Source: Cytophagales bacterium
GTDB taxonomy: Bacteria > Bacteroidota > Bacteroidia > Cytophagales > Cyclobacteriaceae
Direction of reading: 5' to 3'
NCBI GenBank assembly: GCA_022360875.1
Contig: JAKSBZ010000165.1
Span: 4,395-68,394, forward strand
Length of the DNA stretch: 64,000 bases
Below, in pieces: positions 48,093 through 58,174 of this stretch. The stretch's first letter is position 1. Every line of letters begins with the position of its first letter. The notes under the pieces are model-generated. The model saw only the letters and a program-made list of their open reading frames with translations, was not told the origin of the DNA and did not search any database. Both the position numbers and the translations under genes were made by a program.

Positions 48093-49949
48093 CTATTCCT
48101 CTAGCTCACTTTCATATTTTTTCAGCTTCTCCTGAAGCTCCTTAATTGTCTGCTCTGCATGTTTTCTGTCGGTGCGATTAAGCTGAAAACCCAGAATTCC
48201 CGTTCCCTTTTCTGAATTAATATAAAAAGGCACCTTATGCGTTTCCAAAATCACCTCCTTACCATGCACTTCAGCAAAAACCTCATCCACATGCACAGCA
48301 CAGGTACCTTTGCCGCTGTCAATAATGCTATATTCCTCTGAAGAAAGCTGATGTGCCAGCTCAGGATCATGAGCAATAAACTCCCTGTCGGACAGCCCCA
48401 GCATATCCTCTTTTTTGCAATCGTGCTTATCAGTAATATACTTATTCACCAAAAACATATTCAGATCCTTATCCTTAACGAAAATTCCGATCGGCAGCTC
48501 GTCCAGGATATTGCTCACCAAGTTGCTGCTCTCTTCAGCTTTGTTCAGCAAGGCCTCCGTTTTTTTACGTTCTTCTTCCTTGATGCGCTCCAGCTCTTCG
48601 TGGGTGGCCTGCAGCTCTTCCATATTCTGGCGCAGTTCTTCCTCCTGGCTCTTGAGGTTTTCAGTCTGCATCTGACTCTCCTTCAGCAGCTTTTGGGTCA
48701 GCACTGCCGTACGAATCGAGCTAAAATCCGACGCCAGATGATCGGCCACATGCTCAAACAAACGCAGTTCCTTTTCTCCAAACTCTTCAAAAGAAGCCAG
48801 TTCGAAAGCTCCAACCAGTTGATCGTTGAAAAGCAGCGGAACCAAAATTACAGTTCGCGGTTTCGCGTCGCCAAGCCCTGAAGTAATCTGCATATAGTCT
48901 TCAGGAATCTCCCTGAGATGTATCGTCTCTTTCTCATAAATAAGCTGCCCGACTAGCCCTTCTCCTTTTTGAAAACGAGCCTTGATATATTTCTTCCGGT
49001 TATAGGCATAGCAGGCTTCTATTACCATTTCCTCATCTTCAGAAAAAGAATACATCACGCCCTGATTGCTTTTGCTGTAGCGCACCAAATGTCCCAGCGC
49101 CAAATCGCAATATGCCTGTACATCCTCCTTGCTCTCACGGGTAAGCTCAATGAGCTTGTTCATTCCCTCGTTAACCCAGTTGGCTTGCTGGTCTTTTCGA
49201 GCTACCTTCATCAGCTGATGGTGCGTCGTCAGCAAGGCATTGCCCAACAAATCATCCTTCCCGGTAGGCGCAAAGTCTGCCCCATCAGACTGCATGCCAA
49301 TGGCTGAGGCAAACTCCGTCGAGCGTTGCATATTCGTACGAAGCTGATTTCCATAGCGGAATAAACTCCTAAAATCGTCGCCCGTCATCCGCAAAGGGTC
49401 AGGCAGTTTGCCCACAGAAAGCTCCTGAATGAAGCGCCCCAGTTCTTTTTTGTAAGAAATCCACCGCCTTATACTTCGAAACACCATGAAGGTAGAAAAA
49501 CCGAGAATAACCAAGGCAATGACCAACAGCCAAATGCTCGCTGTCCGATACTCATCAAAACCAACTCGGATACGATTGCCCTTCAGTCGAATAATCTCCT
49601 CCTGAATTCGACCAAAGCTTTTTAGATACATTTTGTCGGACGATGCTCCATTTTCTGAGCGGAGCAAACGCTTTTGTTCTGTTAAAGCCTTTTGAACGCT
49701 TTCCTCCCCGCCATAAAGCTCCTCTGTCTTTTGGCAGTACTGTTCAAAAGTCTTGTCAATATCCAGGTCACTGAAAAGCCTTTTTCCCGTTTCCATTTGT
49801 TGTTCATATCGGAGACTCTCTTCTTCCAGAATATTTGCCATCTTATTGCTGACGTGCCGGTGAGAAAAAAATAAACCGATGAAAAGAGAAAAAACCAAAA
49901 GACTCAAGCAAATTGCCCGATTCTTCAGACTCATTTTCATAATATTCAT
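48093..49949 (-). CDS. Membrane sensor: TM - extracytoplasmic helical domain - TM - HAMP - GAF - coiled coil - PAS, no output domain
   Basis: 618 aa, a paralogue of 46261..47682 with the same order of parts. Heptad segment LKSQEEELRQNMEELQATHEELERIKEE. An extra C-terminal PAS-like domain (LPIGIFVKDKDLNMFLVN...ILGFQLNRTDRKHAEQ). Confidence 0.7.
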   Translation of the reverse strand: MNIMKMSLKNRAICLSLLVFSLFIGLFFSHRHVSNKMANILEEESLRYEQQMETGKRLFSDLDIDKTFEQYCQKTEELYGGEESVQKALTEQKRLLRSENGASSDKMYLKSFGRIQEEIIRLKGNRIRVGFDEYRTASIWLLVIALVILGFSTFMVFRSIRRWISYKKELGRFIQELSVGKLPDPLRMTGDDFRSLFRYGNQLRTNMQRSTEFASAIGMQSDGADFAPTGKDDLLGNALLTTHHQLMKVARKDQQANWVNEGMNKLIELTRESKEDVQAYCDLALGHLVRYSKSNQGVMYSFSEDEEMVIEACYAYNRKKYIKARFQKGEGLVGQLIYEKETIHLREIPEDYMQITSGLGDAKPRTVILVPLLFNDQLVGAFELASFEEFGEKELRLFEHVADHLASDFSSIRTAVLTQKLLKESQMQTENLKSQEEELRQNMEELQATHEELERIKEEERKKTEALLNKAEESSNLVSNILDELPIGIFVKDKDLNMFLVNKYITDKHDCKKEDMLGLSDREFIAHDPELAHQLSSEEYSIIDSGKGTCAVHVDEVFAEVHGKEVILETHKVPFYINSEKGTGILGFQLNRTDRKHAEQTIKELQEKLKKYESELEE

Positions 49950-50159
49950 ATTACTGCGCTTTTGGGTAGTATTATTGTTTTATGCTATGAATATATAAAA
50001 ACTTATATATAGAACCATGGATAAATATTTATAATAAATAAAAAATGCAGCACCAAAGGACTGCATGATAAATTTTTAAGGGGCTAAAGTAAGCCTGCAG
50101 GACTGTTCAGGCTAGCTTTTCCTTTTTCAATAGAATATTTTAAAATTAACTTCTGTCGC

Positions 50160-51566
50160 CTAAGGCATGGAAAATTCATTCTTCATCCGCCTTATTTCAT
50201 GTATTTGCTTGGGTTTATTTTCACCCAAAAGTTCACACCCCTTAGGTCTGATTACAAAATTTTCTTCATTGCGTATGCCTCCGAAGTTCCTGTACTCCTC
50301 CACTTTGCTGTAGTTGATAAATTCCGAATGTCTATTTTCGGCTTTCCACTGATCAATCAGCTGCGGAATAAAATAAATGCCTGGCTCCACAGTAACAACA
50401 TAGCCCGTTTCAAGCTTTTTGCCCAGCCGCAATGATTTGTAGCCAAATTCCAGGCGTTTTCGGTAATCAGGTGTATAGCCCACATTTTCCTCCCCCAAAT
50501 CTTCCATGTCGTGCACATCAAGCCCAAGCATATGGCCCAGTCCGCACTGATAAAACAAAGTATGCGCACCGCATTCCACCGCTTCGCTTGCATTGCCCTT
50601 GGCCAGCCCAACACTTTTCAGCCCTTCAAAAAGCTTCCGGCATGTTTGCTTGTATATGTCCATGAAATACACCGAAGGCTTCAGCTGCTTAACCGCTTCA
50701 AGGTGTGAAGCCAACACAATTTCGTAAATCTCCCGCTGCTTTTCACTGAACTCCTCGCCCGCCGGAACAGTGCTTGACAAATCCCCGCAGTATCCCGTTG
50801 GCAGTTCCGCCCCTGCATCCACGAGCAGCATGTCTCCTTCCTTCAAAGTGTTTTCATATGAGGTCTTGTGCAAAATATGCCCCTGTGTCGTTACAATGCT
50901 AGGAAAAGAAAGCCGCGCGCCCTGCTCCTGGGCCAATCTGTGAATTTCTGCAGCAATTTCACTCTCCCTTCGCCCGGGCACTGCCAGCTGCATGGCCCTT
51001 CGGTGCATCCGCGAACTAAGGCTCACCGCCTCGTGCAGCTGTTCTATTTCCTCCTCGGATTTTATGCTTCGCTGCAATGCAATGGCCCTGATCAGTTCAG
51101 AAGAAACAGCTTGTTGTACCATTAAGGGATGAATACCCAAGTACTTTTGAAGTTTCAGCGTATTTTCGGGGCGATAGGGCGGCAGAAAATGGATCCTCCT
51201 CCCGCTTTTTATCGCCTTGTTCAGACATTCGGCCAGCTTGGAAAACGGCGAAGCGATATCCACGCCTGCTCTGCCAGCCAGTTCCCTTAAACTCGGAATT
51301 TCCCCTGTCCATACAATATCATCAATAGACTGCTCTTTTCCGTAAACAACCGTCTCTCCGCTGCTGACGTCCAAGGTCGCGCACAAACCCGGCTTGCTGA
51401 TTCCAAAATAATACAGAAAAGTGCTGTCCTGCCTGAACGGATAGCAATTGCTGGCAAAATTAATTCCTACCTCCTCGTTCCCGAGCAAAAATACAATTCC
51501 CTGAGACACACGGCTCATCAGCTTCGCGCGCCGGGCTACATAAGTGGTTTTACTGAATGCAAACAT
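50160..51566 (-). CDS. pepP: Xaa-Pro aminopeptidase / prolidase (M24B)
   Basis: 468 aa. AMP_N-type N-terminal domain and pita-bread metal ligand contexts LVDAGAE...GYCGDLS, GLGHMLGLDVHD, VEPGIYF and IRNEENF. Confidence 0.85.
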   Translation of the reverse strand: MFAFSKTTYVARRAKLMSRVSQGIVFLLGNEEVGINFASNCYPFRQDSTFLYYFGISKPGLCATLDVSSGETVVYGKEQSIDDIVWTGEIPSLRELAGRAGVDIASPFSKLAECLNKAIKSGRRIHFLPPYRPENTLKLQKYLGIHPLMVQQAVSSELIRAIALQRSIKSEEEIEQLHEAVSLSSRMHRRAMQLAVPGRRESEIAAEIHRLAQEQGARLSFPSIVTTQGHILHKTSYENTLKEGDMLLVDAGAELPTGYCGDLSSTVPAGEEFSEKQREIYEIVLASHLEAVKQLKPSVYFMDIYKQTCRKLFEGLKSVGLAKGNASEAVECGAHTLFYQCGLGHMLGLDVHDMEDLGEENVGYTPDYRKRLEFGYKSLRLGKKLETGYVVTVEPGIYFIPQLIDQWKAENRHSEFINYSKVEEYRNFGGIRNEENFVIRPKGCELLGENKPKQIHEIRRMKNEFSMP

Positions 51567-51611
51567 ATTCGGTATGGCTTTATTTTCTAAATTCGGAATA
51601 ACATTGCCCTC

Positions 51612-52883
51612 TTAGCCGCGATTCGGTGAAAGCTGTTCCAAGCAAAGCGATGGCGATTTTTCGCTGGCAATTTCCGATACCAGCTTGCCCGTTACCGGGC
51701 CAAGGCTCAGCCCCATCATCGAATGGCCAGTAGCCGCGATCAGGTTTGGAACTGCCTCGCTTCTACCGATATACGGCAGCCCGTCCGGCGTGCACGGCCG
51801 AAGACCGCTCCACGCTAGCTGCTGTGAGAGTTTTTCATAGCTGAATTGCGGCAAATAGTCGGATACGGATTTCAGCAACCCGCGCAGCCTTGTTTTGCTA
51901 ACAGACAAGTCCTGGCCGGAAAGCTCCATGGTGCCCGCAATCCGCAGCGCGCTGTTCATAGGCGTCACGGCAGCCTTGGCTTCGCACAATAAAGAAGGAG
52001 TCCGCAGCATATGCTCCGGTTTCTGCATAGTTATGCTGTAGCCTTTTCCGGCCATCAGCGGCATATTTATCTTCAGCTTCCGAGCCAGGGAGGAGCTTAA
52101 AGCGCCGGCAGCCAACACAAACTCATCGGCCATGTATTCGCGTCCGTCCTCCAAAATCGCCTTGGTGATTCTGCCGTTTTTTGTAACAAAATCTTCCACA
52201 CAAGCATGCTCAATCACTTCAGCTCCTTTATTAATAATTATTTTTAATAGAGCCTGATTAAACTCGTCGGGAATTACATGCGCATCGCCGGGATAATACG
52301 CGCCTCCCAGCACGTTCAGTTCAGTATCGGGCTCCATATCCTGCACCTGACTGGCAGAAAGCAACCTTGCATCAATCCCCAAACGGTTAGCCATTTCACA
52401 GACTCTTGCTTCCTCTTCCCTTGTTTGTTTTTCTTTGAAAAGCATCATCAGCCCGCGCTTACCCATCTCAAAAGGCGCCCCTTCTTTTTTGATTTCTTCA
52501 AAAAGCCGGTAACTGCTCAGATTCAAATCCCGGATGATTTCAGCGCTTTTCTCTACATGGCGCGCATTGGCTGAACGATAGAACTTCCAAACCCAGGAAA
52601 GCAACCGTAGATCAAGACGGGGCTTGATAAAAAAAGGACTCTCGGAGCTGAGCATCCACCTCAGCCCATTCGCAATCACTCCGGGCGAAGCCAGAGGCAC
52701 AAAATGGCTGGGCACAATCAGGCCCGAATTGCCTTTCGAACATGCTTGAGCAACTTCTTCCTTTTCAAGCAGCAGCACCTGATGCCCTTCTTTCAGAAGA
52801 TAATACGCCGAACAAAGTCCTGCGATTCCGCCTCCGATAATTGCTGTTTTTTTCTTGCTCATATCCGTACAATTCTCAATCAC
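51612..52883 (-). CDS. FAD-dependent oxidoreductase, DadA-like (candidate D-hydroxyproline dehydrogenase)
   Basis: 423 aa with N-terminal KKTAIIGGGIAGLCSAYYLLKEGHQVLLLEK. There is a 4-nt overlap with the upstream epimerase gene. The function is inferred from the neighbourhood. Confidence 0.7.
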   Translation of the reverse strand: MIENCTDMSKKKTAIIGGGIAGLCSAYYLLKEGHQVLLLEKEEVAQACSKGNSGLIVPSHFVPLASPGVIANGLRWMLSSESPFFIKPRLDLRLLSWVWKFYRSANARHVEKSAEIIRDLNLSSYRLFEEIKKEGAPFEMGKRGLMMLFKEKQTREEEARVCEMANRLGIDARLLSASQVQDMEPDTELNVLGGAYYPGDAHVIPDEFNQALLKIIINKGAEVIEHACVEDFVTKNGRITKAILEDGREYMADEFVLAAGALSSSLARKLKINMPLMAGKGYSITMQKPEHMLRTPSLLCEAKAAVTPMNSALRIAGTMELSGQDLSVSKTRLRGLLKSVSDYLPQFSYEKLSQQLAWSGLRPCTPDGLPYIGRSEAVPNLIAATGHSMMGLSLGPVTGKLVSEIASEKSPSLCLEQLSPNRG

Positions 52884-53884
52884 AACAACTGAAAACCATG
52901 GGCATAGGGATCATCCTCATCATCAATGAATATATTGCTGTAGCCCGTCACTTTAGCCCATCCGTCTATGCTTGGCACAATCGCCGGATATTCGCCAACC
53001 TTGGCAAGCTTCTCTACCTTTCCTATAAACTTGCTCCCAATAATACTCTCATGAATAAAAGTGCTTCCTTTGTGCAGACGGCCTTTCGCCGCAAGCTGAG
53101 CCATTCGCGCCGATGTTCCCGTGCCGCAAGGCGAGCGGTCAATGGCTTTGTCGCCGTAGAACACCGCATTTCTGCCGTTGGAAGATTCATCCAATGGCTT
53201 GCCTGTCCAAAGTATATGGCTCAATCCGGAAATGCGTTCGTCTTCCGGATGGACAAAAGAATATTGCCTGTTGAGCCGGGTTCTCAGCTCCCGGCTCAGC
53301 TGCACCAGCTGGCCGGCCGTAAAATCCTGCATCCCCGGAAAATTCTTCTGTGGATCAACAACTGCATAAAAATTACCGCCGTAGGCCACGTCAACCTTCA
53401 GCTCACCCAATTCGCTGCTCTCGACCGGCAGTCCTTCGCTGTGCAAAAAAGCCGGAACGTTAGTCAGCTTCACCGACTTCACCTTCTTCCCTTCCTTTGT
53501 GTATTCAATATGCACCAAGCCCGCAGGAGTCTCCATTCGCACATGGCCCGGCTCCCTGGGATTAATTAAGCCTTCTTCAACAGCAACCGTTATGGTACCG
53601 ATCGTCCCGTGCCCGCACATGGGCAAACAGCCGCTGGTTTCGATAAACAGCACCGCCACATCATTGGCCGGATCATGAGGCGGATACAAGATGCTCCCGG
53701 ACATCATGTCGTGTCCGCGTGGCTCGAACATCAGCCCCGTGCGAATCCAATCGTATTCCCTAAGAAAGTGCGCCCGCTTTTCCATCATATTCGGCCCCTG
53801 CAAAGGAGGTCCACCTCCTGCCACCACCCTTACCGGATTTCCGCAGGTGTGAGCATCCACGCAAAAAAAAGTTTTTCTAGCCAT
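52880..53884 (-). CDS. Proline racemase-family enzyme, Cys/Cys type (candidate 4-hydroxyproline 2-epimerase)
   Basis: 334 aa. CVDAHTCGNPVRVV N-terminus. Both catalytic cysteines are present (LPMCGHGTIG and DRSPCGTGTSA). Confidence 0.8.
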   Translation of the reverse strand: MARKTFFCVDAHTCGNPVRVVAGGGPPLQGPNMMEKRAHFLREYDWIRTGLMFEPRGHDMMSGSILYPPHDPANDVAVLFIETSGCLPMCGHGTIGTITVAVEEGLINPREPGHVRMETPAGLVHIEYTKEGKKVKSVKLTNVPAFLHSEGLPVESSELGELKVDVAYGGNFYAVVDPQKNFPGMQDFTAGQLVQLSRELRTRLNRQYSFVHPEDERISGLSHILWTGKPLDESSNGRNAVFYGDKAIDRSPCGTGTSARMAQLAAKGRLHKGSTFIHESIIGSKFIGKVEKLAKVGEYPAIVPSIDGWAKVTGYSNIFIDDEDDPYAHGFQLL

Positions 53885-54013
53885 TATTTTGGATTAATCC
53901 TGATTTGAAAGCCAAATCATTTTTAAAAAAAATTGAAAAAAACTCACTTACTTTACATATAAAATTAAGCACTTCATGCTAATTATTATTTTCATTAGTT
54001 AAAAAATTTCAGC

Positions 54014-54029
54014 AATTAACCGGTTAATT
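54014..54029. promoter_or_regulatory. 16-bp perfect palindrome AATTAACCGGTTAATT (candidate operator)
   Basis: Read directly. It lies in the 176-bp AT-rich spacer, ~130 bp upstream of the epimerase start (53884). Confidence 0.35.
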
Positions 54030-54060
54030 TTCAAGACATACAGCAGCTAAAGCAATGTCT

Positions 54061-55029
54061 TTACTGTAAAACCAGGTTATGATTATTCAACTGCCTTTCA
54101 GCCACCAGCTGCGCAGCCGCCAAATCCTCCAGCGCATGACCGACTGACTTGAATAAAGTAATGTCTCCGGCAAAGCTCCTTCCAGACGTTTGCCCGCGCG
54201 TCAATGAATACAAATCGCCGCAAACATGGCCCATGTCAATCACACCTTTCTGAAGCGGAATTGCCAAATCGCCTCCCTCCCTGGTTCCGCCGATTGTATC
54301 CACATAAACTCTGGACCGAATAACGGCCCTGCTGTCGCACTCGCACATATCCGGACGATACGCGCCTACCAGATCCAGGTGCTGCCCGCCCCGAAGCCAT
54401 TCCCCTTTCACGAGCGGCGTCTTGCTCAGCGTAGCGCAGGAAACAATGGAAGCTTTCGGCACCTCCTCCCTCAGGTTGCGGGCTTTCGTTATCTGAACAT
54501 CCGGAAATTCACCTTGCAGCTTTTTCGACAGCTCTGCGGCCTTGTCGCTGGATCGTCCCCATATTTTTACTGTACGCAGACTGCGCACAGCCAGATGAGC
54601 ACGAACCAGCTCAGGAGCCAAAGCGCCGGTTCCGACCATCAGCAACGAAGAAGCGTCCTTCCGGGAAAGATACGATGACGCCAAAGCGGATGCCGCAGCC
54701 GTGCGTCTGGCCGTCAGTGTCTTTGCCTCCAATATCGCTGCTGGCTTGCCTTTGTGCGCATCAAAAAGCAGGTAGAAGCCCTGAATAGCCGGCAAACCGT
54801 ATCGGCCATTGTTCGGCGAAACCGTAACCACCTTTACCCCCAGATGCTTTCCGGCCTCCCAGGAAGGCATCAGCAACAAAGTCGAGTCTATGCCTTCCTC
54901 AGGATTCTCGTACTCATGATGGTGCCTGGCCGGGACAGTGCATCCGATGCGGAAAGCCTCCCGCAGTTTTTCAATCAAACTCGGATAATCCAGCGATTTA
55001 AGTATTTCTTCCCGCGTAATGTATATCAT
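54061..55029 (-). CDS. Ornithine cyclodeaminase/mu-crystallin family protein (candidate pyrroline-2-carboxylate reductase)
   Basis: 322 aa. OCD/mu-crystallin-like Rossmann segment LLMVGTGALAPELVRAH, and family-typical length. Confidence 0.7.
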   Translation of the reverse strand: MIYITREEILKSLDYPSLIEKLREAFRIGCTVPARHHHEYENPEEGIDSTLLLMPSWEAGKHLGVKVVTVSPNNGRYGLPAIQGFYLLFDAHKGKPAAILEAKTLTARRTAAASALASSYLSRKDASSLLMVGTGALAPELVRAHLAVRSLRTVKIWGRSSDKAAELSKKLQGEFPDVQITKARNLREEVPKASIVSCATLSKTPLVKGEWLRGGQHLDLVGAYRPDMCECDSRAVIRSRVYVDTIGGTREGGDLAIPLQKGVIDMGHVCGDLYSLTRGQTSGRSFAGDITLFKSVGHALEDLAAAQLVAERQLNNHNLVLQ

Positions 55030-55139
55030 TATTCTTAAAACACAGCCTGCATATTTTTATAAAAAAGAAATTCAATTTCAGCTTTTTTAACAGCAAAATA
55101 CTGGAAGTTTTCCTAAGCGTTCATTTCATATAAAAAACT

Positions 55140-56660
55140 CTAAACAAGAGGCTTTCTAGTATATCTATTATCCACCAGACGGAGAATGCCCGCCGGATTT
55201 TCATCTTTGAGTTCTTCGGGCAGCAAAGCCTGGGGCCAGTTCTGATAGCTCACCGGCCGGACAAAGCGGCGAATCGCTCCTGTTCCCACCGAAGTAAATC
55301 GCGAATCTGTTGAGGCCGGATAAGGCCCTCCGTGCTGCATGGCATTGCAAACCTCCACGCCTGTAGGCACACCATTGAAAATCAGCCGCCCCGAACGCTC
55401 AGTCAAAAGGTTAACCGCTTCTTCGTACTGCACCATTTCAAGCTCTTCCGCCATAACGGTTGCCGTCAGCTGCCCTTCCAGCACAGCTATTGCCTTCAGA
55501 AGTTCCTCCCTGCTATTGTACACTACCAACAGCGAAAACGGTCCGAATACTTCTTTATGCAGACGAGGATTCTCCAAAAAGACCTCGGTTGCGACAGCGG
55601 CTACTGTCGGCAACCCCTCAATATTTTCCGACTGCGCAGGCACAACAGACTGCCCTACCAGATAAACTCCGCGCTTTGCAAGAATCTCCGAAAGCCCTTC
55701 ATTATAGCCTGTCCAGGTTTTGTCGTTAAGCATTCGGGCAGGCACGACAGATTCAATCTCATTTGCCAAGGCTCCGGCAAAACGCTCAAACGATTTCCCG
55801 TTTGGCACCAGCAGCACCCCAGGGTTCGTGCAGAATTGTCCCGCTCCCATTGTTATGGATCCTGCATACATGCCAGCCAGCTCCTCTGCTCTTCGCTCCA
55901 AAGCCTGAGGCAAAATCAACACTGGGTTTACACTTCCCATCTCGGCGAAAAACGGAATAGGATGCTCCCTGCTGGCTGCCAGATCAAACAAAATCCGCCC
56001 GGCTTGCTCGGAGCCCGTAAATCCCACCGCCTGGCAAAGCGGATGCTTCACTATTGCCTGTCCTGCCTTCTTTCCGCTAGCCTGCGCCATTAAGAGGACT
56101 CCCTTCGGCATTCCGGCTTGCTCGGCTGCCCGTTCGATAGCCCCGGCCACCAGCTCGCTGGTTTGTGGATGCCCTTCATGCGCTTTCACCACAACGGTAT
56201 TGCCGCCAGCCAAAGCTGAAGCTGTGTCGCCGCCGGCCACAGAAAACGCCAACGGGAAATTGCCGGCGCCGAATACTGCCACCGGCCCCAAAGGCCTCAA
56301 TATTTTACGTATATCTGCTTTGGGTACAGGCTTGCGTTCAGAATCCGACGTATCTATAACAGCCTCGCACCACGAACCTTCACGAATCAAATCGGCAAAC
56401 AGCTTAAGCTGTCCTACAGTCCGCCCTCGCTCTCCGAATATCCGCCCTTCAGGCAGTCCGGTCTCTTTCATTGCCGTCCGCAACAGTTCATCACCCAGTG
56501 CAATAATTTCTTCGCCTATCGCCTCCAGGAACATCGCACGCCTTACTGCCGGAACATTTCTGTATGTCTGAAAAGCCTGCCATGACAATTCCATTAGTTC
56601 ATGCACCCGGAGAAAATCCGGATCCTCAACTGTCAGTTTGTTTTTTAGTAATGTATCCAT
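55140..56660 (-). CDS. Aldehyde dehydrogenase (candidate alpha-ketoglutarate semialdehyde dehydrogenase)
   Basis: 506 aa. ALDH motifs FTGSEQAGR, catalytic Cys context GAGQFCTNPG, and EVFGP. Confidence 0.8.
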   Translation of the reverse strand: MDTLLKNKLTVEDPDFLRVHELMELSWQAFQTYRNVPAVRRAMFLEAIGEEIIALGDELLRTAMKETGLPEGRIFGERGRTVGQLKLFADLIREGSWCEAVIDTSDSERKPVPKADIRKILRPLGPVAVFGAGNFPLAFSVAGGDTASALAGGNTVVVKAHEGHPQTSELVAGAIERAAEQAGMPKGVLLMAQASGKKAGQAIVKHPLCQAVGFTGSEQAGRILFDLAASREHPIPFFAEMGSVNPVLILPQALERRAEELAGMYAGSITMGAGQFCTNPGVLLVPNGKSFERFAGALANEIESVVPARMLNDKTWTGYNEGLSEILAKRGVYLVGQSVVPAQSENIEGLPTVAAVATEVFLENPRLHKEVFGPFSLLVVYNSREELLKAIAVLEGQLTATVMAEELEMVQYEEAVNLLTERSGRLIFNGVPTGVEVCNAMQHGGPYPASTDSRFTSVGTGAIRRFVRPVSYQNWPQALLPEELKDENPAGILRLVDNRYTRKPLV

Positions 56661-56906
56661 GAAAAAAAGAATTTTTGATCATTTCGAACTGCACTAAAAC
56701 TCCGTCTTTGCTTTGGGCATTAACATTACCCCCTCTATATACCACATGAATTAACAAAGGCACCCAATTTTTTACAACAGATAATACGCCGAATGGCAAA
56801 CATAAAAAAATGCGCCCTCAAAGGCCGATGAAACTACTGAGCTTTAAAAAACGCAAATTCAAAAACTCTGCCTGCCTGTAAAACGTAAGCCATTTACTTG
56901 AAAGCC

Positions 56907-57830
56907 TTATGCAGGAAAATGCGAGGGCGCCTCTACCGCCGGCAGTTTTGGGCGCTTGGCAAGGCCTCGGTTAATTACTTCCAGAATCCTTTCCCTTTCT
57001 TCCCCTACCAACGGCAGCCGGGGCGGGCGCACATACTCAGTTCCTATACCCGCGGCCACTTCCGCCAGCTTAATATACTGCACGAGTTTCGGGTGGATGT
57101 CCAGCTCCAGCAAAGGCAAAAACCAACTGTAAACGGCAAGAGCCTCCTCATGTCTTCCGGCCTTAATAAGATTAAAAATTGTCACCGTTTCGGCCGGAAA
57201 AGCGCAGACTAACCCCGCTACCCAGCCATCAGCCCCCATCATTAACTCTTCAGCGGCCAGCGTGTCTACACCGCAAAGAATTTTATACCGGTCCCCGAAA
57301 GCGTTTCTCAACCGGGTTACATTGGAAACATCGCGAGTAGACTCCTTAATCGCCTCAATATTCGGACAATCCGCCAACTCCCGAAACATGTCTACAGTCA
57401 CCTCGATTTTGTAGTCCACCGGATTGTTGTAAATCATAATCGACAAGTCGGTTGAAGCAGCCACCTCCTTAAGATATGTGACTGTTTCCCGAGCGTCAGC
57501 CGCATAGCGAAGCGGCGGCAAGAGCATCAGGCCGTTAGCTCCGTAAGATTTAGCCTTTGCGGCCGCCTGTATGGCCCCTTTAGTGGTTTGTTCTGAAATA
57601 TTGAGCACAACAGGCACCCTTCCGGCTGTATGGCGGACGGCCGCCTGTACCAGTGCCGTTTTTTCCTGAGCCGACAAGGTGCTTGCCTCTCCGAGGGTTC
57701 CTCCCAATACAAGACCGCTCACTCCTGCGTCGAGCTGCGCATCCAAGTTCAGGCGGAATGCATCGAAATCCAGCTGGTCATCGGCTGTGAATTTTGTTGT
57801 AACAGCCGGAAAAACTCCTTTCCAGTTCAT
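56907..57830 (-). CDS. DapA/DHDPS-family lyase (candidate pyrroline-4-hydroxy-2-carboxylate deaminase)
   Basis: 307 aa. PAVTTKFT...GLVLGGTLGEASTLS N-terminal block and the Schiff-base Lys context IEAIKESTRD. Confidence 0.75.
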   Translation of the reverse strand: MNWKGVFPAVTTKFTADDQLDFDAFRLNLDAQLDAGVSGLVLGGTLGEASTLSAQEKTALVQAAVRHTAGRVPVVLNISEQTTKGAIQAAAKAKSYGANGLMLLPPLRYAADARETVTYLKEVAASTDLSIMIYNNPVDYKIEVTVDMFRELADCPNIEAIKESTRDVSNVTRLRNAFGDRYKILCGVDTLAAEELMMGADGWVAGLVCAFPAETVTIFNLIKAGRHEEALAVYSWFLPLLELDIHPKLVQYIKLAEVAAGIGTEYVRPPRLPLVGEERERILEVINRGLAKRPKLPAVEAPSHFPA

Positions 57831-58174
57831 ACTAATACCAATTTAAAAATGCAAAAACACTGTGTTTGACAACGAACGGACAAACAGCCTTCAGAAGCGC
57901 CGGGCTGAATTCCCGGCGCCACTATGTATCCGGGCTTCCCGCGCTGAAGATCTCATGGAACACAGCGCCGTCGCATGCAGGTTATACCGCATAAAAATTG
58001 CCCTGCTCTCGTTGTGCACTCAGTTTTTTCACTGAAGATTTTACCTAGATATCTGGCATTTTCCCCACAAAGTAACATCAAAAAAAATCAATTATCCTTC
58101 ACTATTTTATCCAATAAATAATAAATATTCGCAGAAGAAATTCCAAAACTATTATTTATTTGCTATAATAGTAT

